From: an uncultured Gammaproteobacteria bacterium
GTDB taxonomy: Bacteria; Patescibacteriota; Patescibacteriia; Magasanikbacterales; JBBTQS01
DNA length: 64,000 nt
Assembly: GCA_965230935.1 (NCBI GenBank)
Contig: OZ246400.1
Location: forward strand, 87,222 to 151,221
Reading direction: 5' to 3'
Numbering within the stretch: position 1 is the stretch's first letter; each line of letters begins with the position of its first letter. Made by a program: the position numbers and the translations under genes. This document shows, piece by piece, positions 37,766-46,331 of this stretch. Below the pieces are notes generated by a model that was given only the letters and a program-made list of their open reading frames with translations, was not told where the DNA came from and searched no databases.

Positions 37766-38759
37766 GTTCGAGGATCGGTGGGATGCAGGTGTGGCCCGAA
37801 GGGGGCAGCCTGATGACCGATTGCTCGAAGATCCCTGCTGTTCATGGCGGGCTGACCATTGCGGAACGAGTGCGAAATTTCAACGAGGCGCCGAAAGGAG
37901 CCACCAAGCACTTCACCGCGTGCGTGCAGTTTCCGTCCCCCGAGCAGGGAAAACGATGTCTTGCCAAGTGACCCCTTCTGGGCGTTGGTATGGATCGGGG
38001 CATCGTTCTGGTAGGCCGTTTCCGTACAGAAAATCCAGCTGGTGACGGTTGTCGGTCGGACCACGCAGATCCAGAGTAAGGTGAAGTAAGAGGTTAAACA
38101 CTGCCCCTCAAACTTCAGACCAGCTTTACTCGTTGAGAGCGCAGGGGTTCACCCGTGGAACGGTGATCGGCCTTGCTTCCTAGCGGCCTCCGGGGCGCGA
38201 CAATGGACTCAATAAATGCAGAATGGGAAACCTACGGAGAGTTGGCGCTGGTCACTGCTAGTCAACCCAACCGTAGGGGACTCCTCCTGTAAAAGTGATG
38301 TATCTTGATTGGTTGCGGCGCGGAAATAAGCACCCCGTGCGAGCCAGGACGGATAGAACGATGAATCCAGAAATCTCCACTGTGCTGCCGCCGGGTAGCT
38401 CGCGCAAGCGAAAAAGCAGTTATGGGATCGTTCGCATCACAGCAGTAGTACCCAATGCAAGGTTGAGAGACCCTATGGGATGCTGTAAAGAGAGGTTGGG
38501 GTCGAAGGTGTGTCCTCGCGGATCCAACTTTGACCGTGTTCGCCATTTTCTAAAGGGAGTTTCATCTTGTTTTCAAGACAGGGTGTAACTCCTAGCTGGG
38601 GGGGGATCAATGAAGCGCCGCGACACCGCTTCTCCCCCAATCCCAGTGTCAACGATTACTGACCAAGCCCGAAACAGACGGGAGGTCGGCGACCAGCAGA
38701 TTACCATATAGTTTCGCGAGGGCGGAGTTATCACTGGACAACCAATCTGCTGGTCGTTT
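37766..38759 (+). ncRNA. Candidate large (about 1 kb) structured non-coding RNA of unknown family
   Basis: GC-rich (well above the flanking DNA). No ORF longer than 107 codons on either strand, and the longest ORFs are Arg-rich with no Shine-Dalgarno sequence. Many GNRA-like tetraloops on short stems (cgcGCAAgcg, ccGAAAgg, cccGAAGggg). Nested helices such as ctggggggggatcaatGAAGCGccgcgacacCGCTTCtcccccaatcccag. A 12-bp long-range stem gaccagcagatt/aatctgctggtc is followed by gtttt as a terminator. Confidence 0.5.
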
Positions 38760-38806
38760 TAATTTTGTCCAATTTTCCTTGACAAGTTTTTAAAAGTGCG
38801 TCATGC

Positions 38807-39034
38807 TTGATATATACAAGCTTTTCTTGTTTTGTATTTGGTATGCCTATTCCAAAACTCCATGCAAAACAGGACGATTTGCTCCGTCGTGAGCGTATAG
38901 AGAAAGAGATGATCGATCAGTATTTACGTCGTGATGATGTAAAACCGGCTCGATATCGGTTTAGTGTGCGTGGCGCTCGCCAGGCGATTGCAGATAGTTC
39001 TCCTACTGAATATTTCCGCACCCATGGGGATTAG
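38807..39034 (+). CDS. Small hypothetical protein
   Basis: A 63-75 codon ORF between the ncRNA terminator and dusB. Charged and helical. Weak support. Confidence 0.25.
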   Translation: MIYTSFSCFVFGMPIPKLHAKQDDLLRRERIEKEMIDQYLRRDDVKPARYRFSVRGARQAIADSSPTEYFRTHGD

Positions 39035-39112
39035 CTTTAGGTTGCCTGATTCGTCTTTTGTAATAGACAAGTATTGAAAATCTGTTATCATAGCCCGAAA
39101 GGGCTTATTGTT

Positions 39113-40093
39113 ATGGAGCAATTTTCTTGGCAAAATCAATTGCGACCAATTATCGCACTTTCTCCAATGGCTGACATGACCGACAGCCCGTTTTGTTTGA
39201 TTGCCAAAGAGTTGGGCGCCAAAATTGTATTTCGAGAAATGGTCTCATCTGAAGCACTGATTCGTGGGAGTGAGAAGACCATGGCAATGGCTGAGTTTGA
39301 CCAAAAAGAGCGGCCAATTATTCAGCAAATTTTTGGAGCAGATCCAGATCATATGGCGCAAGCTGCTCAGATTGTTGAAGAAAATTTTCACCCGGATGGC
39401 ATCGATATTAACATGGGTTGTCCAGTGTATAAGATTGTGAGTAATTTTAATGGCGCAAGTCTTATGCGAGATAAGGATTTGGCTGTGGCGATTGTAAAAA
39501 AAATGAAAGCGGCCATTACCGTTCCGTTATCCGTTAAAATCCGTCTGGGATGGGCTGAGAAAATCGAGGCCATTGAATTTGTAAAGTACCTCGAGGATGC
39601 CGGTGCTGATCTTATCACGGTACATGGACGTACAAAAAAACAAGGATACTCTGGAACTTCTGATTGGGAAATGATTGGAAAAGTGGTTGATCAAGTCAGC
39701 ATTCCTGTTTTAGCAAATGGTGATATTCACAAACCAGAGCAAGTAAAAGAGGCGCTTGAAGTGACCGGTGCTGCTGGTGCACTGATTGCACGTGGTGCGC
39801 TTGGGAATCCGTGGTTTTTCGCTCATGCACAAGAGATTCTTGAAACTGGAGCAATTCAAACACCAATTAACCTTGAGCAACGATTTGCGATTGCACTTAA
39901 GCACGCAAAAACGCATGTTGATCATTACGGAGAACGTGGTATTGTGACATTTCGCAAACACATGAGCTGGTATCTTAAAGGGTTGCCGCATGTAAAAGAG
40001 GTGCGACAAAAAGCAGTCCGTGCTAACTCGCTCGGAGAACTTGAGCAAATTGTTGCTGAGTTTTTGTCCAATCAAGTAGTTTTCAGCTCGTAA
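39113..40093 (+). CDS. dusB: tRNA-dihydrouridine synthase
   Basis: LSPMADMTDSPF, GADIDINMGCP and VHGRTKKQGYSG motifs of the Dus family (TIM barrel, FMN). The start was chosen at MEQFSW. Confidence 0.8.
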   Translation: MEQFSWQNQLRPIIALSPMADMTDSPFCLIAKELGAKIVFREMVSSEALIRGSEKTMAMAEFDQKERPIIQQIFGADPDHMAQAAQIVEENFHPDGIDINMGCPVYKIVSNFNGASLMRDKDLAVAIVKKMKAAITVPLSVKIRLGWAEKIEAIEFVKYLEDAGADLITVHGRTKKQGYSGTSDWEMIGKVVDQVSIPVLANGDIHKPEQVKEALEVTGAAGALIARGALGNPWFFAHAQEILETGAIQTPINLEQRFAIALKHAKTHVDHYGERGIVTFRKHMSWYLKGLPHVKEVRQKAVRANSLGELEQIVAEFLSNQVVFSS

Positions 40094-40767
40094 ACCACAT
40101 CTTTTCGCTCGACCACAATTTTCCATCCTTGACGTTTGGCCTCGTCGTACAGTTCTCGGTTTGGGTTAAAGGCAATAGGAGTATCTACTATTTCTAAAAA
40201 TGAAACATCAGAATACGTATCGCCCACACCGATTGAACCATCAAGGCTGAGGTTGCGTTTGGTGCAGAATTCAGTAAGAATTTCTTTCTTGAGATCCCAC
40301 GTTGGTAATGTGATGGTATCACCGTATCGCTCTTCGTCCTGACTGTACTGACAGCCAATCGCATGATCAAAGTTCCATTCTTTGACAAATTCATTCACAA
40401 TAAAATGTGGCGAACCGGAGATGGCGAGCAGAAGGTAATCTTTACGGATACTAACAATCAAATCACGGGTATAGGTGTATACGCGATTTTTTTGATTTTT
40501 TACTACCTCATGACTGATTTTTTCAACGTCTGTAATTTTACTTCCCACAATATAGCGATGATACGTTTCTGAAAAGGCAATTTCAAAATCATGATACGAG
40601 GTCAATCGATTTCGCCAGCCACTGTGATGCTCTTCAAATTCATGCAGCGCTTCTGTTGGGAAATGTCCTTTTTCTACGAGGGCATATACCAGTTGGAGCA
40701 TAAGGGCTGAGCGAAAAATCGTGCCATCAATATCAAATACTGCTAATTTTTGCTTTGATTTATCCAT
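40072..40767 (-). CDS. HAD-superfamily hydrolase (subfamily IB, phosphoserine-phosphatase-like)
   Basis: Motif I AVFDIDGTI and the later conserved GDTYSD Asp. Confidence 0.65.
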   Translation of the reverse strand: MDKSKQKLAVFDIDGTIFRSALMLQLVYALVEKGHFPTEALHEFEEHHSGWRNRLTSYHDFEIAFSETYHRYIVGSKITDVEKISHEVVKNQKNRVYTYTRDLIVSIRKDYLLLAISGSPHFIVNEFVKEWNFDHAIGCQYSQDEERYGDTITLPTWDLKKEILTEFCTKRNLSLDGSIGVGDTYSDVSFLEIVDTPIAFNPNRELYDEAKRQGWKIVVERKDVVYELKTT

Positions 40768-40821
40768 AGTGTTTTTCGTATACAGACATGGTACACTCTA
40801 TGTGCAAACTCGCAAAGTCGT

Positions 40822-41370
40822 ATGAATTTACACGTTATTTTAGGGCCAATGAAAAGTGGGAAGTCCCATGAGTTGATTAGTCATTTTGCGCCGCTTGGAT
40901 TTACTGATATTTCGCATGGTTTGTTTCAATCGGTTCGAAATGTGCGTGATCAAAGTGTGTGGTCTCGTAATGGTACTGAGTTGGCAGCGCAAAAAGTACA
41001 GACACTTGAGCCGGTGTATAATCAGCACTTAAATGTAGTAGGGATAGATGAGTTTCATATGTTTGCCCCAGAGGACGCGCACTGGATTGAGATGATGTTG
41101 CGCGAGGGGACAAAGGTGGTGGTGTCTTCGCTCGATACTGATTATCAAGGAAAGCTGTTTGAAACCGTCAGTAATTTATTGCAGCTCGGACCGGCTGAAG
41201 TTAAGTTTAAACGCTCGGTATGTGAGAATTGCAAAGCTCCGCACGCAATTTATTCTCAAATTTTTAAAGAGGGCGAACCACTCCTTGATGGTATGCCTCC
41301 GGTAATCCCAGATGACGGTACATTTACGTACAAACCAGTGTGTCGTAAATGTTTTATTAAAATTTGGTGA
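40822..41370 (+). CDS. tdk: Thymidine kinase
   Basis: P-loop GPMKSGKS and a C-terminal zinc ribbon (CENC...CRKCF). Length 182 aa. Confidence 0.8.
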   Translation: MNLHVILGPMKSGKSHELISHFAPLGFTDISHGLFQSVRNVRDQSVWSRNGTELAAQKVQTLEPVYNQHLNVVGIDEFHMFAPEDAHWIEMMLREGTKVVVSSLDTDYQGKLFETVSNLLQLGPAEVKFKRSVCENCKAPHAIYSQIFKEGEPLLDGMPPVIPDDGTFTYKPVCRKCFIKIW

Positions 41371-41372
41371 AA

Positions 41373-41942
41373 CTATTCAACGTAGTTCACGATCACGTGA
41401 TCTTTAAAGCCAACCCCAGAAAGTGGGATGCTATAGAATGTTCCTTCTTTGGTGTCGTCAATGACGCTGTAGAGCGGTCCTGGGATAACTCCAAATTTTG
41501 TACCGTTGAGTTTTACCAGCCCTGCTTTTACGCGTAAGAACATCAGAAATGTTCCACCTTGTCCTGGAATTGGGGCACGAATTGGTGTGGTAAAATCGTA
41601 TTTTTCTGGTTTGCCGGTGTGTTTTTCAACGGGTAGAGAAGAAAGGTTTTGCATGCCTTTATTTTTTGATGCGCGCATCTTAAAGCCATATACCACAAAA
41701 ACAATAAACACAATTAATAAACTCAGCATGATCCAAAACGCAGTTTGATCACCCTGTGCACTGTCGAGCGCAAACAACCCGATGGCGGTTGGTATCGCGA
41801 CAACTAGTCCGCAGATAATGAGAATCCAAGCGGTTACACCACGTGCGTTCATCATTTTGGTTAACACCATAATCTGCGCAGCAGAGAGTTTGCCGGATTT
41901 GTTTTCTGACAATGCGTCAGTAAGATATTGAAGATGTTCCAT
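41373..41942 (-). CDS. Hypothetical membrane protein
   Basis: 189 aa with two TM helices and a C-terminal soluble domain. Confidence 0.45.
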   Translation of the reverse strand: MEHLQYLTDALSENKSGKLSAAQIMVLTKMMNARGVTAWILIICGLVVAIPTAIGLFALDSAQGDQTAFWIMLSLLIVFIVFVVYGFKMRASKNKGMQNLSSLPVEKHTGKPEKYDFTTPIRAPIPGQGGTFLMFLRVKAGLVKLNGTKFGVIPGPLYSVIDDTKEGTFYSIPLSGVGFKDHVIVNYVE

Positions 41943-42017
41943 AGAATTATTTTGTTCTAGTATACCAAATCTGATATACTTTACCCATACGAATACTAAT
42001 TTTTTATTTCATCTTTT

Positions 42018-42434
42018 ATGAAAAAAGGGATGTGTTGTAATAACCAATCGCTCGGGTTACTCCTACTGCGTGTTGGTTTGGGTGCTGTGTTTCTTACACA
42101 TGGAATTTTGAAGTTCCAAAACATGGGAGAGACGGTTGAATGGTTTGCCTCTATTGGCTTGGCAAGCTTTTTTGCCTATCTTGTGGCTTTGATTGAGACG
42201 CTTGGTGGTATCGCACTTATTTTAGGAACCTATGTTGGTCCATTTGGCTACTTGCTGGCAATTGTGATGCTTGGAGTATTTGTTAAGATGTGGGATGTAC
42301 CATGGGTTGGAAAACACGAGTTTCATCTGTTATTGTTGCTTGGCAGCTTGAGTGTGGCAATGGCAGGTCCTGGAAAATACACCTTTGGACCGCGTTGTTG
42401 TAAGAAAAAAGGGGGTGGAAAGTGCTGTAAGTAG
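42018..42434 (+). CDS. DoxX-family membrane protein with Cys/Lys-rich C-terminal tail
   Basis: LLLRVGLGAVFLTHGILKF is typical of DoxX. The C-terminus reads CCKKKGGGKCCK. Confidence 0.6.
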   Translation: MKKGMCCNNQSLGLLLLRVGLGAVFLTHGILKFQNMGETVEWFASIGLASFFAYLVALIETLGGIALILGTYVGPFGYLLAIVMLGVFVKMWDVPWVGKHEFHLLLLLGSLSVAMAGPGKYTFGPRCCKKKGGGKCCK

Positions 42435-42492
42435 TATTTGCTGAAAACCTCGCATTATCGGCGGGGTTTTTTGATTTTTATGGTATACTGGG

Positions 42493-43185
42493 GTGTGTAT
42501 GAGTACACCCAAGAAGAAAAAGAAAGGGCTTTTGACCATGGCGCGCTGGGAACAGTACCGCACCGTTGATGAGCTCATTGAGCGCAGTCAAGCCAACTCA
42601 CTGTATTATACATTATTGGTGCTATCCTCCTTTATTGTAGCTTCAGGGTTACTGCTTAGTAACTCAGCTATTGTTATTGGAGGAATGTTAGTAACGCCGC
42701 TACTCACACCAATTCTGTTGGTGGCATTGGGCTTGGCAATTGGAGAGGTGCGGCCAATCAAGCGTGCGTTTTATTTGATTATAAAATCTGCTGCCATTGT
42801 GGTGGTAGGTTCAGCAGCTCTGGCATTTATTTTTGGAACCGCAAGAGGATCGTTTGTGTTTGATGATAGTGCACAAACTGCGGTTTTGTACTTTATTGTG
42901 GCAATTGCTTCAGGTGTGGCCGCGACATTAGCGTGGGCACGAAAAGAGATTGCAGAGGTGTTACCAGGAGTTGCCATTGCGGTTTCTTTGGTGCCACCGC
43001 TTGGTATTGTGGGAATCGCATTAGCATCGTGGGATATTGCAGTGGTGCGGTTTCATGTGTTGATTTTCTTGTTTAACTTGCTTGGTATTTTGGTGGGGAG
43101 TTTGGTAGTGTTCTCACTCCTTAAATTCTATCGTAGTAGTGATGAGATGCAGAAAAAAGCGCACGAGATTGAGAAGCAAAGCTAA
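42493..43185 (+). CDS. DUF389-like polytopic membrane protein
   Basis: Six or more TM helices with a Lys-rich N-terminus. The start is uncertain (42499 or 42538). Confidence 0.4.
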   Translation: MCMSTPKKKKKGLLTMARWEQYRTVDELIERSQANSLYYTLLVLSSFIVASGLLLSNSAIVIGGMLVTPLLTPILLVALGLAIGEVRPIKRAFYLIIKSAAIVVVGSAALAFIFGTARGSFVFDDSAQTAVLYFIVAIASGVAATLAWARKEIAEVLPGVAIAVSLVPPLGIVGIALASWDIAVVRFHVLIFLFNLLGILVGSLVVFSLLKFYRSSDEMQKKAHEIEKQS

Positions 43186-43190
43186 TCAAT

Positions 43191-43853
43191 ATGCAACAGT
43201 CAGTGCGTGAGTACATTCGATTGGCCATTGGTGCCATCCTTTTTTTAATTGTGGTTGCATTATTGTATTGGTTTGATGTATTCACCTGGTTTACTCCATC
43301 GCACATTCAATCATTTGTTGCTGGATATGGTCCATGGGGTCCAGTTTTGTTTATTGGATTGTACGCTGGTGCTGCAACAGTATTTGTACCCGCAACACCA
43401 CTTAATATCTCAGCAGGACTACTTTTTGGGGCATGGTTTGGAATTGCATATGCACTTCTTGGGGCATTTCTTGGGGCGATCATCTCATTTGGCCTTGCGC
43501 GCTTTTTTGGTCGAGGATTTGTATATCGAATGGCAAAGTCCCATATTAAGCGTTTTTCAACATTTGAAAAACGCTTGGACGAAAATGCGCTTTTTACTAT
43601 TTTTTTGCTTCGCGTGATACCGGTCTTCCCCTTTTTTGTTATTAATTACGCTCTTGGGCTCAGTAGTATTTCGTTTCGAAAATACGCAATTGCCACGGCA
43701 ATTGGGATTATACCTGCAACAACTGTGTACGCATTTTTTGGAGGTTCGCTTGCAACGTTACATCCTTGGCAAATTGCATTTTCAGTACTTTTGATTTTGA
43801 TATTAGTTGTGCTGGTTCGTTGGTTTCAGCGCAGGCAATCATATGAAACGTAA
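43191..43853 (+). CDS. DedA/TVP38/TMEM64-family membrane protein
   Basis: Conserved F/YLLRVIPVFPFFVINYALGL and GIIPATTVYAFFG segments. Confidence 0.7.
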   Translation: MQQSVREYIRLAIGAILFLIVVALLYWFDVFTWFTPSHIQSFVAGYGPWGPVLFIGLYAGAATVFVPATPLNISAGLLFGAWFGIAYALLGAFLGAIISFGLARFFGRGFVYRMAKSHIKRFSTFEKRLDENALFTIFLLRVIPVFPFFVINYALGLSSISFRKYAIATAIGIIPATTVYAFFGGSLATLHPWQIAFSVLLILILVVLVRWFQRRQSYET

Positions 43854-45315
43854 CTGTACGGTAGCCTTTCTATTTGTTGGGTTTGCGACGTTTATCTTCG
43901 TTGTACCAGCTCATGCACAGAGTCTAGATGCTGCTGATCCTCTAGAGCTTTCGGCAGAAGTTGAACAAGTTAATGCCTGTGCATTTGCAACTCAGGAACA
44001 ATATTCACATGGTGAATTTGAAACCATTGAACAGTTTCAAGAAGCATATTACGAGTGTTATCGTGGAACGAGTTTGGAGCAATACGTTGAGATTCCTCAA
44101 TATGAACAACCAAAGGTGGTAATTCCAGAGGTTCCTGAAGTGTTCACCGACCCGCGGGCACAGTTACAGGTACAAGAGGCTTTTGATGCAATTGATCAGC
44201 CGCTAACTCTTGTTGAGTCACAGCGCATTGCAGAGTGTTTTACGCAATTGAATCAGGTGTATGATTTGAGTGGCCCTCCATCTTCAGAAGTCCAGCTCGC
44301 AATTGCAGCGTGTTATGACAACACTGCTTATGCACCGATTGCACAAGTATATCGCAAAATGGCCACACGGATTGATTGTGCAACTGATACCCTTGGCACA
44401 TCGCGTTTACTTGAGATCGTCAAGGTGGGTTCAGGATCTGATCGTGAAATGGCGATTGTGCAACAGTGTATTATTGAGCGTAGTGCACAGGTGGCCACAG
44501 GGATTGGTGCCGTCAATGTAATCGCAGGAATGGGGACAAAAAATAGTTTGGTGTTTTTCTATTTTTTGTTGACGCACCCATTTTTTCTATTGTTTTCCCG
44601 ACGCAAAACAACGCAGTGGGGGACAGTTCGTAATAGTTTAAATCAGTTGCCGGTTGATTTAGGTATTACTCGTCTTCTCAAAGAAGGAAAAGTATTTCGA
44701 ACAAAAGTTACCGATAAACAAGGACGGTATTTGTTTTTTGCTCCTTCAGCATCGTATACGCTTTCTGTTACAAAACCCCAGTTTGTTAATCAAGAAGTGG
44801 ATGTGCGCGCACCACAAGGAGTGGTAAACACTGACATTACCATTGAGCCGGTCGTGAAAGAGCGATCTGCGCAACAGCTGTGGTGGAAAAAGTTGCAACT
44901 TTCGGGTCATGGTGTGTTTGCTGTAGCAACTACTGCAGTAGGTGTAGGTGCAAGCATTATTGATCCCAAACCATGGATGATTGCACTAGCTGTGGGAAAT
45001 GTGTTGATATATACAGTATATCGTTCGCGAGTCTTAAAGAGTAAGCCAACAAGATTTGGTCAGGTGCGCGATACCAATGGCAAAGCAATCTCTGGTGCAG
45101 TTGTCCGATTGTTTTCTTTGCCACGAAACAAATTGGTAGAGAGTGTATTAACTGATCGACATGGGAGGTACGGGTTTTTAGTTGGGGACGGCACGTACCA
45201 AATTTTGGTTGAAAAAGATGGCTATCAAAAGGTTCAGACTGCATCACTATCTATGCAAAAAGGTTCACCAGGATGGGTTGGTGAGGATGTGGTAATTGGC
45301 ACTAAGAATCTTTAA
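43843..45315 (+). CDS. Secreted/membrane protein with carboxypeptidase-regulatory-like (Ig-like) repeats
   Basis: Signal peptide (FVVPAHA), two internal TM helices, and two TDxxGRY...Y beta-sandwich-like modules near the C-terminus. Confidence 0.45.
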   Translation: MKRNCTVAFLFVGFATFIFVVPAHAQSLDAADPLELSAEVEQVNACAFATQEQYSHGEFETIEQFQEAYYECYRGTSLEQYVEIPQYEQPKVVIPEVPEVFTDPRAQLQVQEAFDAIDQPLTLVESQRIAECFTQLNQVYDLSGPPSSEVQLAIAACYDNTAYAPIAQVYRKMATRIDCATDTLGTSRLLEIVKVGSGSDREMAIVQQCIIERSAQVATGIGAVNVIAGMGTKNSLVFFYFLLTHPFFLLFSRRKTTQWGTVRNSLNQLPVDLGITRLLKEGKVFRTKVTDKQGRYLFFAPSASYTLSVTKPQFVNQEVDVRAPQGVVNTDITIEPVVKERSAQQLWWKKLQLSGHGVFAVATTAVGVGASIIDPKPWMIALAVGNVLIYTVYRSRVLKSKPTRFGQVRDTNGKAISGAVVRLFSLPRNKLVESVLTDRHGRYGFLVGDGTYQILVEKDGYQKVQTASLSMQKGSPGWVGEDVVIGTKNL

Positions 45316-46267
45316 TTATTTTCTTATTAAAGAAGGTAATAATATTTTGAGATGCTTGTGTCGAGAGGCGCTTGAGTCCTTCAACAGTTGATCCGCCAAT
45401 GTGTGGTGTTGCTATGATGGTATCAAATGCAGCAAGTTCAGCATCAATACCTCGTGTTTCATTATAGAATACATCAAGTGCTGCTCCTGCAATCTGCTGA
45501 GTAGTGAGTGCTTTATGGAGGGCATCGCGATTAATTAGTTCAGCACGCGCAGTGTTAATGAGCATAACATTGGGTTTCATTTGAGCAAAAGCATTATCGT
45601 CGATCAGGTTTATGGTTTCAGGAGTTTTTGGGACGTGCAACGTGATGATATCGGCATGGGTATAGATATGATCAAGTGGGTGGTGTTGTACACCAAATAC
45701 TGCAGCCTGTTTTGGAGTGACAAATGGATCATACCCAAGGCAATGCATGCCAAATCCTTGTAGTCGAGTAGCAACTAATCGGCCAATTCTACCAAGCCCG
45801 ATAATGCCAACTGTTTTTTGGTATGCCTCAGTCCCACGAAGTTGATTTTTTTGCCATCTTCCTTCCTTAGCGCTGGCAAATGCTTGTGGAAGTCTGCGTA
45901 GAGCACAAAGGATAAGAGCAATGGTGTGTTCTGCAGTGGCTACACAATTGGCAAACTCTTCAGGAGCAAGTGACGTGTCTGGTGTGGCACGTAACAGAGT
46001 AATCTGCTTTTCCTCGAGCGTCTTATGATCAATGTGATCTTCACCTACAGAACATAGTGCGATGCATTTGAGTTTAGACGCACGTTCAAGGAGTTGAGCG
46101 GTGATTTTTGTGCGAGTACGTATGATTAACCCATCATAGTTGTGTATGTGTTCCATCAATGCGTCGGGGTGTATTTCTGGCTGAAGATCAACAGCAAATC
46201 CGGCCGATTCAAGTTGGGCAACAGCCTCCTGGTCTATTGGGTCAGTGATGAGGATTTTTTGTTTCAT
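45302..46267 (-). CDS. D-isomer-specific 2-hydroxyacid dehydrogenase (SerA/PGDH-like)
   Basis: NAD-binding GIIGLGRIGRLVA and a catalytic R...E...H pattern. The start was set at MKQKIL (46267) rather than the upstream extension. Confidence 0.75.
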   Translation of the reverse strand: MKQKILITDPIDQEAVAQLESAGFAVDLQPEIHPDALMEHIHNYDGLIIRTRTKITAQLLERASKLKCIALCSVGEDHIDHKTLEEKQITLLRATPDTSLAPEEFANCVATAEHTIALILCALRRLPQAFASAKEGRWQKNQLRGTEAYQKTVGIIGLGRIGRLVATRLQGFGMHCLGYDPFVTPKQAAVFGVQHHPLDHIYTHADIITLHVPKTPETINLIDDNAFAQMKPNVMLINTARAELINRDALHKALTTQQIAGAALDVFYNETRGIDAELAAFDTIIATPHIGGSTVEGLKRLSTQASQNIITFFNKKIIKDS

Positions 46268-46331
46268 AGTGCGCTCATCATAACATAGAATCGTGATGAG
46301 GTGTGGTATACTGCATATCCAGCCATGTCTC

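Noticed and set aside
37722-38588. ORF-track ORFs inside the GC-rich unit (37722..38045 +, 37753..38064 -, 38262..38546 -, 38295..38588 +)
   Set aside because: They overlap each other on both strands, have no Shine-Dalgarno sequence, and are Arg/Gly/Pro-rich as expected from random translation of GC-rich DNA. The first one starts inside the promoter -35/-10 region.
37766-38759. Identity of the non-coding unit as RNase P RNA, tmRNA, group II intron or 6S RNA
   Set aside because: Diagnostic motifs were not found by eye: RNase P P4 GGAAAGTCCGG and ACAGAANCCGGCTTA, the tmRNA 3-prime GGACGGGGGTTCGAATCCCC...CCA with a tag ORF, and group II domain V RAGCYGTATG...ACGGYTY. The length of about 1 kb is also wrong for 6S, SRP or tmRNA. 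This needs covariance-model confirmation.
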